Shown piece by piece: positions 1-13,215 of a DNA stretch of 64,000 nt. A program made the translations under genes and the position numbers. The stretch lies in NCBI RefSeq assembly GCF_009914755.1, contig NC_060946.1. One strand, 5' to 3'. How positions within the stretch are numbered: the first letter of the stretch is position 1; every line of letters begins with the position of its first letter. Origin of the DNA: the human T2T-CHM13v2.0 reference genome, Homo sapiens. The notes below the pieces were generated by a model that saw nothing but the letters and a program-made list of their open reading frames with translations, was not told where the DNA came from and made no database searches.

Positions 1-103
1 TATTCATAAACGCTGAGATTGTCCCTCTAAGTGTCTCCTGTCTACCATCTTACTCAGGATCGCTGGCCCATTACGGTGTCAGGAATGTGCTGCTTTTAAT
101 TAA

Positions 104-581
<478 letters not shown>

Positions 582-2270
582 TAAGGCTTTTTTAAGCAAG
601 AGGAATCTCAATTATAAATTAAGGTTATTTTTTAGTTCTTTTTGGTTCCTCACTAACATTAGTGAAAAGCGAAGTTCCGAGAGTTCAGTCTCACAGGTGG
701 GCTCTGTGCAGGTGGTAGCCTTTCTCCACGGGGCAGGGCTCACGACCCTCCTGCCAGCCTCCCCTGTGGCTGGACACTCCTGGACCTGCTTCTGTTGGGG
801 GGCAGGCCTGGCTCCCTGCCCCTCCCCTGCCTGCCCTTGGGGGAGAGTTAAGAAACAAGTATTAGTGAAGATTTCATTGTGTTTTTGCTGTGGGTCTCCA
901 CGAGGACTTAGCAGGCCTCGGAGTTGGGACTGGGTTGGATTGAGGGAGACCTGCGTGAGTCACATCCTCAGTTTCCCCATCTGACTTGAGGAAGCTGCAA
1001 AGTTCTAAGGTCTAGAAGCAGCTGGTTTTTAGTGTTGTGTTTTGTTTCAAGTGAGTGACTTCAGGTGAGGAGATGCGGGTTCCTTGGCCACGTCGTGAAT
1101 CCTGCTCTGAGTTCCTCAGTTCCCCCTGTGTCCAGCTGTGCGTGGGGTGGGAAGGAAGGAGGATCGGGAGAAATGCAGTGTCCCCCTGGGAATACACTGA
1201 GTGAGTGGACCTTGGGCACACTGGACCCATGCCTAGCAGACAACTGGACATGTAGATCCAGGAAAAGAGCCCTCCTCTGAGTCACGCCACCCTGTGCGTC
1301 ATGGGAGATAAAGACTTGTATTAAACAAGCTGGTGGAAAGAAACACATTTATCGAGGATCGTTAGGGAAGGTGATTGATGTCATCAAAACACTTTGCATT
1401 GCAACATGCCAACAGCATTTTGGGAACTAAGCTGCTGGGGACTAGATAAACCAAGGCATATGGGTACAGCTCACAGGCGTTTCTTAAAAAGCTGGTTTTG
1501 TTGAAAAGGAAATGCATCTTAAAATTCACACAAACAATGGCAAAGCCACCTGGTGCTCACGCAGGAGGATGTGGTGCTGCCTGAATCCTGAAGTGGGTGG
1601 CACCCACGAGGGGGGTTCCTCGGAATGCTGGTGGCGTGTGCCGGGACGTACGTGCGGGACTAGAGGGCACATGAGGGGATGCTCGAGTCAGGGGAGGTCG
1701 GGAGGGAGGGAGGGCCAAGCTTTGGCTGCCCAAGGGTGCACAGTATATCATGGCTCAGCCCCGCGAAGAGACGCTCCTCTTGAGGGCACCTGTCCCTCTG
1801 TTTGCATCCCTTGGTGAGGGACCAAGCGTGTGCGGAGGGAGGCTGGGAAGCACAGCCTGGCTGTGTGTCCACTATAAGGTATTCCCGTGGAAGGCAAAGC
1901 ACAGCGTTAACAGAGTGCTGGCCAGCTCTGTCCCACAGTTCCCTGTACCTTGGCACGCAGCAGCTCGGGAGGCAGCACTTGCCCAGGCAGCCAGCCTCTT
2001 TGAAACTCATCTACCTTGGGCATCGGGGAAACCCTAGGTCCCCCATGAACTTTGCTCGACCCCCTGGCATACCTGTACCTCTGCTCTCCTCCCTTGGCCC
2101 ATTCCACATCTGTATTTTAATGCAGCTCTAACACTGGTGTCTGGATAGGTCACTGCAAATCCTGTCTCGAATGGGCCGTGCCTATTAAAAGGGTTTGACT
2201 CCCCACAGACTCTGTTGCCTGTACCTGGCTTGGTTTGCCCGATACCAGTCCTTTTAAAAAAACTCATTTT

Positions 2271-2641
<371 letters not shown>

Positions 2642-4846
2642 TCAGGCATTGTTTATAGTTTAATAAATCCTGCCACCTCTATTCATCCCGGTAATGAAGG
2701 GGCGACTGCTCAGGAGAAAAGCCAGGGTGCACAAAGAGATGGGCATTAGCATATAAAAGGACAGAGGTGGGCCTTCCACCCTTTGCAACGATGCTCCTTG
2801 TACATCCACAGAGAATTCCCTTCTGATCAGTGCACAGTGAGTAAAGGCGCCGGCTCCAAAGATGCCTGCTCAGAGTGGCTGGGCGTGTCTGCCCCAGGCT
2901 GTCCTGTTGTTTCGGGTTCATCATGGTGGGAGGTGGTGTCAGGGATCAGAACAGGCAGAGATGCCTGGGGATGGATGCCACAGCCTCAGGAAGGGACCAT
3001 CGTCATGTATTTAATAACTTGAAACAGATTAAGACCACGAGTGTGCGTGCACACACACACACTTGCGCTTGCATACGTGCACTCACAGAACTGTGCTTTG
3101 CTCAGCACTTTCCCAGCTGAATGGCCCTCTTCAGGTGCCTGAAGGCCTCTGGAACACACACTTGTCTGTCTGTCGACCACCTGTTCATGCACGATGCTTT
3201 GAGTGCCTCTGAACATTCGGACTCCATGTGTTCTAGTTCTGCATGCTGGACATAACAGACTGACAAGCACCATCCCCTGCTCTGGAGGAGCCTTCCATTG
3301 AGAGGGGTCAGGGAGTAGACATACCTCCACCAGAGTCCGCGAAAGCGCTCGGCAGGGAGAGCTGGGGAGAGGGGCTCCCCTGTCTGGCCACGGGCAGTGT
3401 CTAGTCACCTGGCTTGTTTTCTTCTTTGGCAAACCAGCAGCAGAGACCTTGTGGGCAGAAGTCTCCACTCTGGCCGGACCCTTGACTGGGGTAGCCACCC
3501 ATCCATGGCACCACTGTCGAGGGGAGAGGAGCCGTTGCCCCCAGGGCTCTTCCCTCCCTCTCTGCCGGCATCATTGGGTAGAAAGCAGGCATCCTTGACA
3601 CTGCTAGCCATCAGGAGAGCCAGTGTTACCAAAGGCCATCAGGAGAGCCGGTGTCACCAAAGGAAGTCATGTTTCTTTCTCTGAAGTCCGTGTGTCAGTC
3701 CCACAGGATGTGAGACGTCAGAAGATGAAGATAGCTCTTCTGGTGGGGACTTTGATGTTACGACTTGCAGCACCACAGAGCACCTGCTTTTCATATAAGT
3801 TCTTTCTGTGGACCTGAAATAATCCAAAATCATCTCATCAAGTGGAATATGCCATATGATATTTAAATACCTGTAATTTCTCTAAAACCCTGGGGCCAGA
3901 AACTCTAGTGGTTGCTCTATTCATGGATTCATGTTGCAGTAAAATGTGATAATTGATGAATATCTGTGGAAATGGATATGATTGTGTCCTTTTAAATGAG
4001 CTAACAATTTCACGCCGAAATCTCAGCAGTGCTATTGTTTAGAATAAAAGGAGACATGCAAATGAGGCCAGGGTGCAGATTGTGGTAGAACAATGCTGGC
4101 AGCCTCTTTATTGGACCCATTAATTAATTCCCCATCAGCCAGTTTCCCTGGGAATGAACTGGAAAAATAATTAAAATGATACATGAGGTAAGGAGTTTAG
4201 AAATTCAAAAGGTGAAGGCGAGAATTAGTTTAATACGTAATTAGACATATTATTTGTGACTCTACGTTTTTTTAAATGTGGCTCACTGAGGCAGTAGGGT
4301 CCTATTTTTAGTCCTGGATAGTTAATAAATATCACTTGGGGCTGTTTTTCAACCCACAATGGCTCATAAATTTTCTTAATAACATTAAGTGGCTAATTAT
4401 ATTGTACATTGTTAAAATAACTTCTATTGCAAAATCTAATAATACCACAAAAGTTTGCAAAAGCAAGTTTTTAGAGGAATTCATTTGACTCAATTTCCAA
4501 GTGAGATCTGGCACACGTAGACCAAACTGAAAAATGTATAGCAAAGAATCTGCAGGTTCACATATATTTTTGTTGCAAACATGATCCAAACAATCTCAAA
4601 ACCCAACTTCGTTTTAGTGTGAGTGGTGCAGATGGAACGTCGTACCTCCCAGAGTTCAGACTGAGTGCTGGCTCCATGGCTCTTGGGAGTGGCGGAATCT
4701 TAACGGAACGTGCTTCCACTGCTGTGTCCTCTCGGTGAGGCCTCGGCCCTAGCCTCAGTGTTGCATATGTCAGGATGGACGAACGTGAGTCTTGGCATGG
4801 TGCAAGTGCATCTGAATTGCATGTCTCTGTCCTTGCTGGAGCAAAA

Positions 4847-6239
4847 CCCTGTTGTTTGGATGGAGCGGAGCTGACCTGACGGTTCCAGGCTGTTCCCTGT
4901 TGTTTGGTTGGACGCTGTTCCCTGTTTGGATGGAGTGGAGCTGACTTGACGGTTCCCGGCTGTTCCCTGTTGTTTGGTTGGAGCGGGGCTGACCTGACGG
5001 TCCTGGCTGTTCCCGGTTGTTTGGTTGGAGCGGAGCTGACCTGACGGTCCTGGCTGTTCCCTATTGTTTGGTTGGAGCAGAGCTGACTTGATGGTTCCCG
5101 GCTGTTCCCTGTTGTTTGGTTGGAGCGGGGCTGACCTGACGGTTCCAGGCTGTTCCCTGTTGTTTGGTTGGAGCGGAGCTGACTTGACGGTTCCAGCGCT
5201 GTCCCCTGTTGTTTGGTTGGAGCAGAGCTGACCTGACGGTCCCAGCGCTGTCCCCTGTTTGGTTGGAGCGGAGCTGACCTGACGGTCCCAGCGCTGTCCC
5301 CTGTTGTTTGGTTGGAGCGGAGCTGACCTGATGGTTCCAGGCTGTTCCCTGTTGTTTGGTTGGACGCTGTCCCCTGTTGTTTGGTTGGAGCGGAGCTGAC
5401 TTGATGGTTCGAGACTGTTCCCTGTTGTTTGGTTGGAGCAGGGCTGACCTGACGGTCCTGGCTGTTCCCTGTTGTTTGGTTGGACGCTGTCCCCTGTTGT
5501 TTGGTTGGAGCGGAGCTGACCTGACGGTTCCAGGCTGTTCCCTGTTGTTTGGTTGGACGCTGTCCCCTGTTGTTTGGTTGGAGCGGAGCTGACTTGATGG
5601 TTCCAGGCTGTTCCCTGTTGTTTGGTTGGAGCGGGGCTGACCTGACGGTCCTGGCTGTTCCCTGTTGTTTGGTTGGAGCGGAGCTGACCTGACGGTTCCA
5701 GGTTGTTCCCTGTTGTTTGGTTGGACGCTGTCCCCTGTTGTTTGGTTGGAGCGGAGCTGACCTGACGGTTCCAGGCTGTTCCCTGTTGTTTGGTTGGAGC
5801 GGAGCTGACCTGACTGTTCCAGGCTGTTCCCTGTTGTTTGGTTGGACGCTGTCCCCTGTTGTTTGGTTGGAGCGGAGCTGACCTGACGGTTCCAGGCTGT
5901 CCCCTGTTGTTTGGCTGGAGCGGGGCTGACCTGACGGTTCCAGGCTGTTCCCTGTTGTTTGGCTGGAGCGGGGCTGACCTGACGGTTCCAGGCTGTTCCC
6001 TGTTGTTTGGCTGGAGCGGGGCTGACCTGACGGTTCCAGGCTGTTCCCTGTTGTTTGGCTGGAGCGGGGCTGACCTGACGGTTCCAGGCTGTTCCCTGTT
6101 GTTTGGCTGGAGCGGGGCTGACCTGACGGTTCCAGGCTGTTCCCTGTTGTTTGGCTGGAGCGGGGCTGACCTGACGGTTCCAGGCTGTTCCCTGTTGTTT
6201 GGTTGGAGCGGAGCTGACCTGACGGTCCCGGCGCTGTTC
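4847..6239. repeat. VNTR of 48-bp units (about 26) interspersed with 25-bp internally deleted units (about 6)
   Basis: Long unit ccctgttgtttggttggagcggagctgacctgacggttccaggctgtt; short unit ccctgttgtttggttggacgctgtc. Confidence 0.97.
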
Positions 6240-8803
6240 GTGTAAGTTGTTTCTGTTTCCCTGTTATTTTGAATATACTTAAATGGCCCAATAATTCCAT
6301 TTCTGTGAACCTAAGAGTATAAACATTTCATAAGATTATTGAACTTAAAGTGATAGGCCTGGCTGGAAATATTTTACCCCATACCTGTGCTTATTTCTTT
6401 TTAATGAGCAACTGAAAAGTAATTTTAGTAACCAACCTCCCATACCTTTGGAGAACAAATAAAACCACAGTAATTTCCACGTATTAAGAGCCCACATGCG
6501 CCTATCACTGTCATCCACAGTCTGCACCTGTTAGCTTGTTTAAGCCTCCCAGGAGCTTGCACAGAGTATGGCCAGATACCCGCCTTACAGCCTGTGCTGC
6601 TGTGGCCAAGGAAAAGAGGTTTTGTGCCTGGGGCAGTCAGACCTTCCAGTGGGAGTGACTCTTGGCTGCTCCCTGCCCGTCCTCAGTTGCTTTTTGGTGG
6701 AAGTGCAGGCCCCTCTCTCCCCACTCTGCCCTCCCAGCCACCTGAGCCACTGAGCTTCTGCAGCAGCACAAGCCCTTTCAGTCTTCCTGAGTCGGCCCCA
6801 CTCTGGGGTGGGCTCCCGCTTTTAGGCTCTTTGCTTTCACAATCAAAGTTACAACGGGAAGCCCTTCACTCGGGGCCGGCGGGAAAGGATCCAGCCCTGC
6901 TACTTCCATTCTTTCCTTTTAAACAAGACTCTGTCCATTAATCATCCTCTGGTTTGATCTGTCAATCCAGAAACCCTTGCTAATGCTTTATGGCTGTGGT
7001 TTGTTGCGGTTCTGGGAAAGAGGAAAAGAAATGAGCCAGTCCTAATAAATGAAAGTTATTTCCTCATTTGAATTTCTGAGTCCTGAGAGTCAATATGATG
7101 CAGACATCAATCTTGTTATTCTCGGAGTGGAGAGACAGTTTCTGATTGTGCCTCTCCCTGGGTTGTGATGATAAAACGTGTGGTGTGTTTGGCTGGGCTC
7201 AGTCATGGCCTCTCCTGAGACCCCCTGCCTTTTTATATTGCAGATAACACACATGGCTTAATGCTGGAAACAGGCCTGTGTTCCCTTGGTCTTTACGAGT
7301 GTTATTCTAGAAAACTTCATGTTTCTAAGGTGGTTTCATTTGTCATGAATACTCAGATGCGGTTTTCTCTAGCAGCCCTCCGAGTGTGCTCGGAAAGGTG
7401 AGGCCCCCGAGGCAGAGGCATGGCCAGGACGCTGGTGGGCTTCTTTGGGAATTAGGAGGAAAAAGAGGAGTGGGGCAGAGCCTGGAGAGGCTGCCCTCCT
7501 GGGGTGCAGGCCGGTGGAGGATGTGGAGCTGCCCAGCTGGCAGGTGGCAGAATTGGGACTGAAGCTCAGTCCCCACTCGTCCAGGCCACAGCTTCTCCTT
7601 TGGGGCCACTCTGCCTCATTCACCATCTCTCCAGCACCAAGCAATTGTGTGATTCTTACAATGTGCCTGTCGTGCTTCTGGTCGCAGCCTCCTTGGCTTT
7701 GCAGCAGTGCAGTGCCTGGGCCTGCATTTGGCAGAAGTGGAGTTCCCAGTCCCATCCGTGGAGTGGCCTTCCCCTGAGAGCTTGCCTGGTATGTTTCAGA
7801 TGCAGGGGCTTCTGTCTCTCCATGCCTTATGCACTTGGCCACACCCCTGTTAGCACCCCTGCCATTTCCCAGGGCCACTGTTGCAGGCACCCAGGAAGGT
7901 GCCTGACCTGGCTCTACATCCCACACCCTGTGCAGGGGGCCTAGCATGCTGGCAGCCTGCTAAGAGCTGGATAGGTATGTGGTGAGCACATGGCACCCCG
8001 ATCCGATTTACTTGGTGTCCTGTCGGGCACACTTGTGAATACCCGCCAGGCCTGTGTGTGGGTGGAGACAGAACCTGCCCTCTGGCCATCGAGGCTGTGC
8101 CTCTTGGCCATACATGTCATGGTCTTGTTCATCAGACCTGCCCTGCCTGTCTGCTGGGAGGGCCCGCATGGAGCCTCTTGCCCAGCTGCAGACAAGGGAG
8201 GGTGACCGGCCCCACACTCCTATATGAAGGATGGATAGCTCTGGGCAGCTTTTTGGTTCTGGGGTCAGATTTGAATGTAAAACTGAAAAGTCCTAAATTT
8301 ATTAAAGGCTTTCTTTTGGGGCTGGAATATGCAATAGATTTTCTATCCCTCTCAATTCCCTCTTAAAATTTAATACTGCCATAAAAATGATGGATAACAA
8401 ATTATTCCAGGAAAAATGGTACTGAAAGACTCTTCTAACTGTTGAAGCAGAAGTACAGACTTGGCGAAGAAATAGACATGACCCAGAAAACTCACGAGGA
8501 AAGAGGAAATCGTGTACTTTGTGGAAACCATATCCACGTAATGTTGTTCCAGGCTGTAGAAAGCAACTATTGTTATTCCAGATACTGAAGCACAGAGTCT
8601 ATTTTGTGCCGCTGGCGGTTTCATTAACATAGTAACACTCTGCCTTTCTAGAATTGGGTGAGCAGCCTTCCCTGTTTGGAACACTGCAGAGGGAGACTGA
8701 ACCCCACAATTGATATCAGAAGGCCCCGTGTGGATGCCTCTTCAGGGTGCCTTCCACAGAGCTCTGCCAGCATGCTGAGGCTGCGGGGAAAAACCATGAA
8801 GCC

Positions 8804-8864
8804 TCATAAATATATACAATGATTGTGTGTACCCATAATCATTAGAAATAAAAATTTAAAAAAA
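8804..8864 (+). mobile_element. Extremely 5'-truncated L1 3' end (L1MA/L1PB-like)
   Basis: cataaatatatacaatgattgtgtgtacccataatcattagaaataaaaattt resembles an L1 terminal 3'UTR. An A tail and a degenerate TSD are present. Confidence 0.6.
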
Positions 8865-9132
8865 CACATAAAACCACAAGGGCTCTGATTGCTGGGTCTA
8901 GGACTTCCCCACTCCGACAGTGATGGTAGCAGAAACAAGGCCTGACAGCCAGACCCCAGGGCAGGCAGCAGGGAGGAAAACAGATTTAAAAATCGCACCA
9001 GACACTCATTTTCTACAGAAGTCTGCGTGTCGTTAATACATGGGCAAACAGCCCTTTGTTCCTTAGTAGGCCTTAAAGACACCACCCCATGGGAGCTTTC
9101 TAAAAAAGATAGTATTAAAAGACTATGATTCA

Positions 9133-9409
9133 GGCTGGGCACATTAGCACACACCTGTAATCTCAGCACTTTGGAAGGTCGAGGAGGGCAGATCACTTGA
9201 GTCTAGGAGTTTGAGACCAGCCTGGGCAACATAGCAAGACCTGATCTCTCTACAAAAATTAGCTGAGTATGGTGGCATACACCTCTGGTCTCAGCTACTC
9301 GGGAGGATCAGTCGGGCCCCGGAGGTTGAGGCTGCAGTGAGCTATGATCGCACCACTGTACTCTAGCCTGGGTGACAGTGAGACCCAGTCTCAAAAGCAA
9401 AACAAAACA
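9133..9409 (+). mobile_element. Alu (AluJ-like, diverged)
   Basis: AluJ-type segments gatcacttgagtctaggagtttgagaccagcctgggcaacatagcaagacc and gaggctgcagtgagctatgatc. Confidence 0.9.
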
Positions 9410-10228
9410 CCCCACAAAGTATATAATTCAGACTTAACATCCTGACTCTTGTTTTTACTCCAAGGCAATGAAGCAATGATGTGGACGATGCGTGTCCTAA
9501 TCCGGAGCGCCTCCCAGGCTAGGAATCCAAGCCAGGTTATGGCTTAAATGGAGACCGATGGAGCTGCTAGCTGAGATCGCCCACATTGGCCTCTGCAGAC
9601 TCCCTTGTTTTCCCTAATGTGTGTCAACACATCTATTAAGGGGAAAGGACTGCTCGGTATCAATGATTTCCACTTGGAAATGTCACCATGACAACTGAGG
9701 AGGTGCTGGAAGCAGGCACTTTGTTAATTCTGTCTTAACCCATCCCAGGCAACTTCAAAACTTTTTCTCTGGAGAGAAATAGGCTTATTTAGGAAAGGCG
9801 TCTCTCATTGATCCTCAGCTACATCCACTGAAGTGAATAATTTACTTCTTTGGCAGGTTTAGAAAATTAGATGCATACAATCTAATATCCCTTCTTTGTA
9901 CATTTTCATGTGAAATCTTTTGGAGTGCTTTTTGATAGCCACCCCCTCGGGGACCTGGAAGTGGCACTGTCTGAATTCTGTTCTGTCGGTTCTGTGAGGG
10001 ACAGATGCTCCATGTCATCCTGAGAGCCATCCTACCGCCTTCCTGCCCAGTCCTCTTCACTGGCACCTCCATTGGCCAACAGATCAAGTCTGCACACCGC
10101 AGCCTGGCTGCGAGGGTCCTTTTCATCCAGCCTCATTCATCAGTGTTCTTGTGAGCATCTACTCTGGGTTAGGCCCAGACCTCCTGGGTTAATCAGATTG
10201 AACAAAGGGGTGTAATAGAGAACCAAAG

Positions 10229-10631
<403 letters not shown>

Positions 10632-10687
10632 TCACATGATCCTGAGAACTCCCAGAGATGCTGATAGAGCATCAAAAACAGACTTTC

Positions 10688-10801
10688 AGCCAGGTGAGGG
10701 GGCCCATGCCTGTAATCCCAGCATCTTGGGAGGCTGAAGTGGTAGGATTGCTTGAGGCCAGGAGTTCAAGACCGTCCTGGGCATATAGCAAAATCCCATC
10801 C
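10688..10801 (+). mobile_element. Alu left monomer (FLAM/AluJ fragment)
   Basis: gcctgtaatcccagcatcttgggaggctgaa ... ttgaggccaggagttcaagacc, truncated. Confidence 0.85.
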
Positions 10802-10804
10802 CTC

Positions 10805-11648
10805 AGTGTTAAAGGGTGACCACTATAAATGAGTAGAAATATAATATACAACTTCTAAATTAGTAGAGGGAAAAAGAGAGAGGAAGAAAACCTTGATCAA
10901 TACAATAGAAGGCATAAAAGGAGAAGAAATATTTTTAAAAAGCAGTAAAAGTAAAAATCATGAATAAGATATTTTAAATAAATATTGAGATAGTTATTTA
11001 AATAAATGTAAATGGCCTAAATTTGCCAGTTAAAAGACAGTGATTTTTGAAAACTAAAATCCAACTATGTGGTATTCATGATTGACACACACACACACAC
11101 ACATATGGACACAGAAAGTTTTGAATTTTATAAATGGAAAGAAATACAATAGGAAAATCATGACTAAAGAAAGTTGCAATAGCTACACTGATATCAGACA
11201 AAATTGATTTTAAGCCAAAATGTATTAGTGTTAGGAGATCTCTACAGGATGATAAAATAAATAAGTCACTAGGGATATATGGCAGTTCTGAACGTATATG
11301 CACCTAAGAAGCTTGGCCTTACGGTATATTAGGTAAATGTTGCCAGAATTACAAGGACAGATTGACAAATCTGTAATCATTGTGGTAGATTTTATCTTAC
11401 CTTTCTCATTAGTTGATAAGCCAACAAACAAAAAGTGAGAAGGCATAGAAGATTACAACAGTACAAAAACAAGCTTAATTGAACGGTTGTATATAGAAGT
11501 CTGCACCGGAAAACAGAGAATAACGTGAAGCATTTGTAAAAATTGAGCACATGGAAGGCCATAGCAATTCTCAACAAATTCCAGCAAATTGGGACTGATG
11601 TATATATATGTATATGTGTGTGTGTGTGTATATATATATATGTGTGTG

Positions 11649-11711
<63 letters not shown>

Positions 11712-11850
11712 GTTTTCCCATGGTGCATTTAAAATAGAAACCAGTAATACAAAGAGAACAACAATACCAAATCCCCTGCATTTGGACATTTTAAAATGCA
11801 CTTTTTAAATAATTGAACAGTGTTTTGGTAGGTGATTAGGTATTTATTAA
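10805..11850 (+). mobile_element. Old L1 (L1M) fragment, ORF2 endonuclease region
   Basis: aaatgtaaatggcctaaatttgccagttaaaagac matches the L1 endonuclease motif NVNGLN.P.KR. A-rich and degenerate. Confidence 0.8.
11599..11712. repeat. Compound (TA)n/(TG)n/(CA)n microsatellite
   Basis: About 113 bp of purine-pyrimidine alternation. A separate (CA)n lies at about 11085-11103. Confidence 0.97.
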
Positions 11851-12129
11851 ATAAATCTGGCAGATTGGAGTTCTGCAGGCCAGGGAAACTATGTGAGGAC
11901 TGGTTTATCTCCTGCATTTCCTTCCACTTGTTCTCCCTCCCATTTTTCTTGTTTGTTCTCCTCCCTGACCTCCATTATTGGTCTCCGCATTTGTGATAGT
12001 TCGTTTGCTTTGACTGCATGTAACAGGTGGGGGAAAACAAACAACAACAGCAACAGCAACAGCAACAAAAAACAGTTAAAAAAGAATATCATCTCCCTGT
12101 GACAAGAGTGTAGAGGTAGACATCTGTGG

Positions 12130-12490
12130 GACTGTGAGATCATTGGTGGCACACATCTTGATGCTCTGATCCTCTTAATGTGCTACCTCATAGTCCATAA
12201 GGGCAGCTTGAGTTCCAGCCGTCATGTCAGTATCCCAGCTAGCAGGAAAGAGGAAGTGGTAAAGAAGGGCATCATGCCTTCTTCACTGAAGGATGCATCC
12301 TGAGTATTGCCTGTACTTCTGCCTGCGTATTATTGGCAAAATGTAATCACATGGCTGTTCTTAGCTGAAAAGGAGACTGGGCACATGACCACTTGTTCCT
12401 GGTGCCAATGGCTCAGCTAAAAATTGTGGATTCTCTTATTGAAGAAGAAGGGGAGAAAGAGTATTTGGTCGGAAGCTGGCAGACTTGGCC
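12130..12490 (-). mobile_element. Old ERVL/MaLR-type LTR fragment (MLT1/LTR33-like)
   Basis: acttctgcctgcgtattattggcaaaatgtaatcacatggctgttcttagctgaaaaggagactggg resembles the MLT1-type core. Confidence 0.5.
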
Positions 12491-12859
12491 ACATCATTCC
12501 ACTGGCCATTCCCCAACTCTCTGTGTGCATTCACTACTCTTGTACATACTATCTCCTCTGCCTAGACATCTTTTCCTCTTTCCCTGGTGAGTGTGGACTC
12601 TTTCTGATGACTCAGTCTTCACCAGTATGTGAGTTCTGGCTTGGGATGTGACTTACTTGTGGCTAAGGGCAGTTTGTCCCTTTAACCTGTGATCCCAGGT
12701 TGCTGTGGCTCCAGAGTTGTCTGCAGTACTTATCTTTCCCCAAGGCCTGGTAGCAAGCCCTCCCGCCCTATTGGAAGTGGTTTCTTATTGCTTCGGTTCT
12801 GCTGGGGGGTCTGAAAGGTCTGTGTTCAAGTTCCGGCTCTATGCCCGGTGACCTTTAGT

Positions 12860-13215
12860 TGCACATTGAGTATTTATGGTGCTCTTTCTATGTGCCTGGA
12901 GCTGTTGTAAGGAGCCCAGCAATGAGGTGCTCACACTCTGGTGGGGAGTGAGACAAGTGAAGAGGCAGTCGCACTGCAGAGCACCGAAGGCTGCGGTGGC
13001 AGAAGCACGGGGACCATGGGATCAGTGAGCAGGGCCATTGGGCTTAGTCTGAGGGGTCAGAGAAGGCTTTCTGGGATAAAGCTCATTTTGTGGCTTATTT
13101 TCCTGAACCTGTGTCTTCATTTTTAAAATGGGATAGGAATGCCTGTGCGCCATGATTTGAAAAGGTTAAAAGGATTTGCACAGAACTTGGCCCACAGTCT
13201 GTACTCAGTACCTCA
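12860..13215. mobile_element. L2 fragment followed by a MIR fragment
   Basis: L2-like ctatgtgcctggagctgttgtaagg ... ggtcagagaaggctttctgg; MIR-like cctgtgtcttcatttttaaaatgggata. A further MIR-like piece lies at about 13755-13870. Confidence 0.55.

Noticed and set aside
4847-6239. CRISPR-like regular repeats (also at 26 kb and 52.6 kb)
   Set aside because: Head-to-tail units with no unique spacers and no cas genes, in a primate context. These are minisatellites.
8370-8690. mRNA-like stretch that could be a processed pseudogene or an extra exon
   Set aside because: No recognisable protein in the frames I examined, and no convincing splice pair or TSD plus poly(A).
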